From: a virus
Taxonomy: Duplodnaviria; Caudoviricetes
DNA: 29,935 bases
Strand: one strand, 5' to 3'
IMG/VR virus record: IMGVR_UViG_3300034168_000165
Location: 1 to 29,935 of that record
In this document: piece by piece, positions 26,858-29,935 of the stretch
Layout of the letters: the number at the start of each line of letters is the position of its first letter
Position numbering within the stretch: position 1 is the stretch's first letter
Program-made: the position numbers and the translations under genes
The notes under the pieces: generated by a model
The model's input: the letters and a program-made list of their open reading frames with translations, nothing else
Databases searched by the model: none
What the model was told of the DNA's origin: nothing

Positions 26858-27285
26858 TGGCAACATTTAAAGTAAAATATGCTACACGTAATAAGTTAGC
26901 AAGGTCTTTGCAAAAAGAGATTAGAGATTTAGGTCTTATAGATTTTGGAACTTTATACGATTCAATTCGTATATCTGCAATGACTGGAGATGAGTTGAAT
27001 AAAATCAACATTACTATTAACGCAATGTTTTACTATTTGTTTTTAGATGAGGGAACGAGTAGAGGAATACCACCTTATTCAATTACTGACAAATGGTTAC
27101 AACGTGGAGACGTAAAAGATATACTTGCAGAGGTAACACAAGAATATATTGCGTGGCAGTTTGAAAAATACCCAATTCTTGAAATGGCTAAGATTTTAAA
27201 TAACCCTATGGTATCAATTAAGTTTAATTGGATTGATTCGCCGTATTCAAATTTACCTACTGCACCGACAACGGCATTCTTTTAA
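26857..27285 (+). CDS. Putative neck/tail completion protein (HK97 gp10-like)
   Basis: DFGTLYDSI..YYLFLDEGT motif. Confidence 0.6.
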   Translation: MATFKVKYATRNKLARSLQKEIRDLGLIDFGTLYDSIRISAMTGDELNKINITINAMFYYLFLDEGTSRGIPPYSITDKWLQRGDVKDILAEVTQEYIAWQFEKYPILEMAKILNNPMVSIKFNWIDSPYSNLPTAPTTAFF

Positions 27286-28013
27286 AGTTGCAACTCAGTC
27301 TTCATTGATAGCATATTAAAAGCAAAGATAAGATTCATATTAAGGACATCGTCAATTTTGGTTATGTCCTCATTTGCTAAGATATAAAGAGTTTTCTCCC
27401 ACGACCATTTATTTAGATTGTCTTCTTTCTTAATTTCTTCCTTTTCCTCATCGGTCAAATCGTCTTCAATTTCGTCAGTTGCTGGTTCTTGGAATAGATT
27501 GATATAAACTTCCATAAAGTTTTCACGGAATTTGATATACTCTTGCACTATTCCAAACACATCGGTACATTTTACATCTTTAAATAGTTGTTTTCTTTGC
27601 TCAATATCGTACTCATACGGCTCAATTACTTCATTATCCCACTCGTCAAAACGTTTCTTTCTGTAAACAACGCTACAAATATCCGATAAATGTGCGTAAT
27701 AGTTGTTAGTAAAGTAGTGTTCTAAGTCTATAAACTCTCCAACTTTTAAATGTTGTAAACCTATGTAGTGCAAATCGGAAATAATCCGATTTACTGGTTT
27801 ATTTGGGTCACGATTTATGAAGTTAATTTCTTTTATTAGTTCCGTTAACTCGTCAAAATCCAAATCGTAAACATCATTTATGTCAGTATCGGATAAGATG
27901 CTTATTGCTTCAACGTGAAAATCAAATATAGAATCGAAAGAGTCAACTTGTAACCCTTTCAATTCCATAAATTGTTCTACACTTACGTTATTCCACGACT
28001 TCGGTAGGTGCAT
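27282..28013 (-). CDS. Putative tail assembly chaperone-like protein
   Basis: LPKSWNNVSVEQF, LKVGEFIDLE, KWSW..LY.LA..D; acidic; paralogous to neighbour. Confidence 0.55.
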   Translation of the reverse strand: MHLPKSWNNVSVEQFMELKGLQVDSFDSIFDFHVEAISILSDTDINDVYDLDFDELTELIKEINFINRDPNKPVNRIISDLHYIGLQHLKVGEFIDLEHYFTNNYYAHLSDICSVVYRKKRFDEWDNEVIEPYEYDIEQRKQLFKDVKCTDVFGIVQEYIKFRENFMEVYINLFQEPATDEIEDDLTDEEKEEIKKEDNLNKWSWEKTLYILANEDITKIDDVLNMNLIFAFNMLSMKTELQL

Positions 28014-28536
28014 TTTGTAGTCTGTTAGATAATTTTAAACCAATAAACGTAGCATAAGGAATAGCAAGTTCAGCAGAAAGTGAACTAAACAATTTAGCTT
28101 TCTGTTTGATGTGTGCGTCTGCGTAGTGTTCAGCTTTAGTTAAGTCGTTACGCTTAAACAATACAGACATCAAGTAACTAATGTAATTGTGTGGATGGTT
28201 AGATACTTGCTTTTCAATCATTTTCATTTCACGTACTGAGATTTTCAATTCGTCTTCGTGTGATGTATAAGTATATCCATCTAACTCAATCACTTTGCAA
28301 AACTCGTTTGATGGTTTAACCTTAGTGTCTGAGAATATCTTAATATATTCCACAAACTCGCTAAACTCCAAATCGTAAACTTCGGATTCTGGTACACCTA
28401 AATAAATTAAAAGGTTAGTCCAACGTTCAAACTTTTCTACATCCTCATCATTTAAAATGCGAGAAACATTCTCGAACTGCTCAATTGTGAATTCATTGAT
28501 TTCGTTCTTAACATCAAATTCTTTAATTTTTACCAT
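27988..28536 (-). CDS. Putative tail assembly chaperone-like protein
   Basis: NEFTIEQF, VYDLEFSEF, LMSVLFKR align with neighbour's N-terminal part. Confidence 0.55.
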   Translation of the reverse strand: MVKIKEFDVKNEINEFTIEQFENVSRILNDEDVEKFERWTNLLIYLGVPESEVYDLEFSEFVEYIKIFSDTKVKPSNEFCKVIELDGYTYTSHEDELKISVREMKMIEKQVSNHPHNYISYLMSVLFKRNDLTKAEHYADAHIKQKAKLFSSLSAELAIPYATFIGLKLSNRLQNAPTEVVE

Positions 28537-28549
28537 ACGTTTTTTTCTT

Positions 28550-28579
28550 CAAATATACAAATTTTTAAACACTTAACAA
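28550..28579 (-). promoter_or_regulatory. Host-type promoter for the inverted gene pair
   Basis: Minus strand TTG(28579-77)-N19-TATATTTG(28557-50). Confidence 0.8.
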
Positions 28580-28593
28580 TTATAAGACAATAT
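28567..28593 (+). promoter_or_regulatory. Putative late promoter 4
   Basis: AAAC-acttaacaattataag-ACAATAT, 4 nt before ATG. Confidence 0.72.
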
Positions 28594-28597
28594 TGTT

Positions 28598-29575
28598 ATG
28601 AATACAGATTTACCAATTTATAAAATAACTATTGACCCAGAGTATTCTGAAGGTAATGAGTTAGGAATTGAGCAAGTCGCTTTCACTTCAAAACCAGCCG
28701 TTAAAATTAAAGGAATGGCATTCAACTCTAACCAAGTTTTTCATTTTGCAGATGAGCCAAAGATGAGAATTGTTGCACCAGCAATGATTCCTATGGAGAT
28801 TTACAGAAATGACGATGGCGAGGAGTACTTTGTTGAATTTACTGAGCAAGAAATTGAGAATATCTTTTCCGAGTTTATGTTAAATTTAAACAACAAAAAT
28901 CTTTTCAATTTAGAACACGATAAAAGCAAAGAAGTACCAGCGTACATTCTTGAAGCGTGGATAGTTGAAAACCCAATGGAAGACAAGTCACTTTCTTCTT
29001 ATGGTATTAGCGTACCAAAAGGTACATTGATGTTGACTGCACAAATTACTGACAAAGCATACTACACTAAGTTAGTTGAAAGCGGTCAAGTAGGTTTTTC
29101 AATTGAGGGGTTTTTAGGTATGAAGTTGGAAGATACAAAATTGCAATCACAAAACAAATATAGTATGAATCTACCAGACGGAGAACATTTAATCGAAGGT
29201 AAAATCTACGTTGTAAAAGACGGAGAAGTTATCGAAGTGAAAGATGTGGAAATGGCGGAAGAAGTTGCAATGGCAAATGAGCCAGCAACGGATGAGCCAG
29301 TCGAAGAAGAAGTAGCTATGGAAGAAGTTGTTGAAGAAGAAGTAATTGAGGAAGAAGTTGCAATGGCAATTGACCCAGCTATGGATACGGAAGCTATCAC
29401 ATCTATCGTTATGCCTTTAATTGACGAAAAAATTAACGAAGTATTGCAAGTTATTGCAGACTTAAAAAACTCTTTAGAAGTTGAAGTTGAGCCAACGGAA
29501 GAAGAAGTTGTTGAAACTAAATTAACTGCTCACGCTAAATTCACTGCGTTTAGAAACGCATTTTTAAACAAATAA
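28598..29575 (+). CDS. Prohead protease (XkdF-like) fused to acidic scaffold domain
   Basis: PAMIP..IYR, NLEH, ILEAW, VPKGT, GFSIEG; Glu-rich C-half; precedes capsid gene. Confidence 0.82.
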   Translation: MNTDLPIYKITIDPEYSEGNELGIEQVAFTSKPAVKIKGMAFNSNQVFHFADEPKMRIVAPAMIPMEIYRNDDGEEYFVEFTEQEIENIFSEFMLNLNNKNLFNLEHDKSKEVPAYILEAWIVENPMEDKSLSSYGISVPKGTLMLTAQITDKAYYTKLVESGQVGFSIEGFLGMKLEDTKLQSQNKYSMNLPDGEHLIEGKIYVVKDGEVIEVKDVEMAEEVAMANEPATDEPVEEEVAMEEVVEEEVIEEEVAMAIDPAMDTEAITSIVMPLIDEKINEVLQVIADLKNSLEVEVEPTEEEVVETKLTAHAKFTAFRNAFLNK

Positions 29576-29578
29576 AAA

Positions 29579-29935
29579 ATGGAAAGAAATCTTAAATTTG
29601 ATTTGGACATCGAAACAAACGCTTTGTTATGTCCTAACCCTAATGAGTTCTATGGTCGTTCTTACATCTCTGAAGACATCGTAGACAACTATCGTTCATT
29701 GCCGGGCATTAAGTCTGCTACTAAATTGGCAAACGTTACTTTTGGTAACATCTTACAACCAGCAACTTGTAACTTTTCTGCACCAACTGACGCTTTAGAC
29801 GCAGTTGATATCGATGTTTGTTCTTTATCTGCTATGGCTCAATTATGTCAGTTCGATTTAGAGCAGTCTTTCTTAGCTTTACAAATGGCACAAGGTTCTA
29901 ACGGAGATTTCTCTGTTGCTTCTTTTATGTCTTAC
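29579..29935 (+). CDS. Major capsid protein, 3' truncated
   Basis: Open from ATG 29579 to window end (MERNLKFDLDIE...LPGIKS...TCNFS...QLCQFDLEQSF); follows protease/scaffold; high-expression codon style. Confidence 0.75.
   Translation, partial: MERNLKFDLDIETNALLCPNPNEFYGRSYISEDIVDNYRSLPGIKSATKLANVTFGNILQPATCNFSAPTDALDAVDIDVCSLSAMAQLCQFDLEQSFLALQMAQGSNGDFSVASFMSY

Noticed and set aside
28015-28045. -1 frameshift joining the two chaperone-like genes (T TTA AAA on minus strand)
   Set aside because: The -1 frame stops within two codons and the downstream gene is in the +1 frame
807-29400. Most short minus-strand ORFs in the track, other than 27282..28536
   Set aside because: Shadows of well-supported + strand genes with no motifs or start signals
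1-29935. Stop-codon reassignment
   Set aside because: Conserved genes are intact and tightly packed under the standard code
1-29935. Prophage/lysogeny module, tRNA or rRNA genes
   Set aside because: No integrase, repressor, host genes or recognisable structural RNA genes seen; lifestyle cannot be decided from this window

Overview
AT-rich fragment of a tailed dsDNA phage (siphovirus-like) of a Bacteroidota host, probably Flavobacteriales, judged from TTG-N19-TAnnTTTG promoters and A-rich, SD-less start regions. Left to right: end of a virion-fibre region; lysis cassette (membrane proteins, u-spanin-like lipoprotein, M15A peptidase endolysin); RNase H-fold exonuclease; early region of small ORFs; ERF/exonuclease/SSB recombination genes; replication initiator with internal iterons; primase-helicase; HNH; NinG; a sigma-70/ECF-like gene; terminase; tail genes with tape measure; two inverted chaperone-like genes; prohead protease-scaffold; start of the major capsid gene. 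Most notable unannotated signals: (1) a bipartite AAAC-N16-ACAATAT motif in four copies in front of the late gene blocks, matching the phage's own sigma-like gene; (2) an attC-like hairpin plus an inverted-repeat-flanked single-gene cassette; (3) a kissing-loop terminator leader before the initiator; (4) a candidate small RNA antisense to translation start regions; (5) a virion-protein module present three times with a mosaic, synonymous-only-diverged core. All calls come from reading the sequence by eye; no searches were run.
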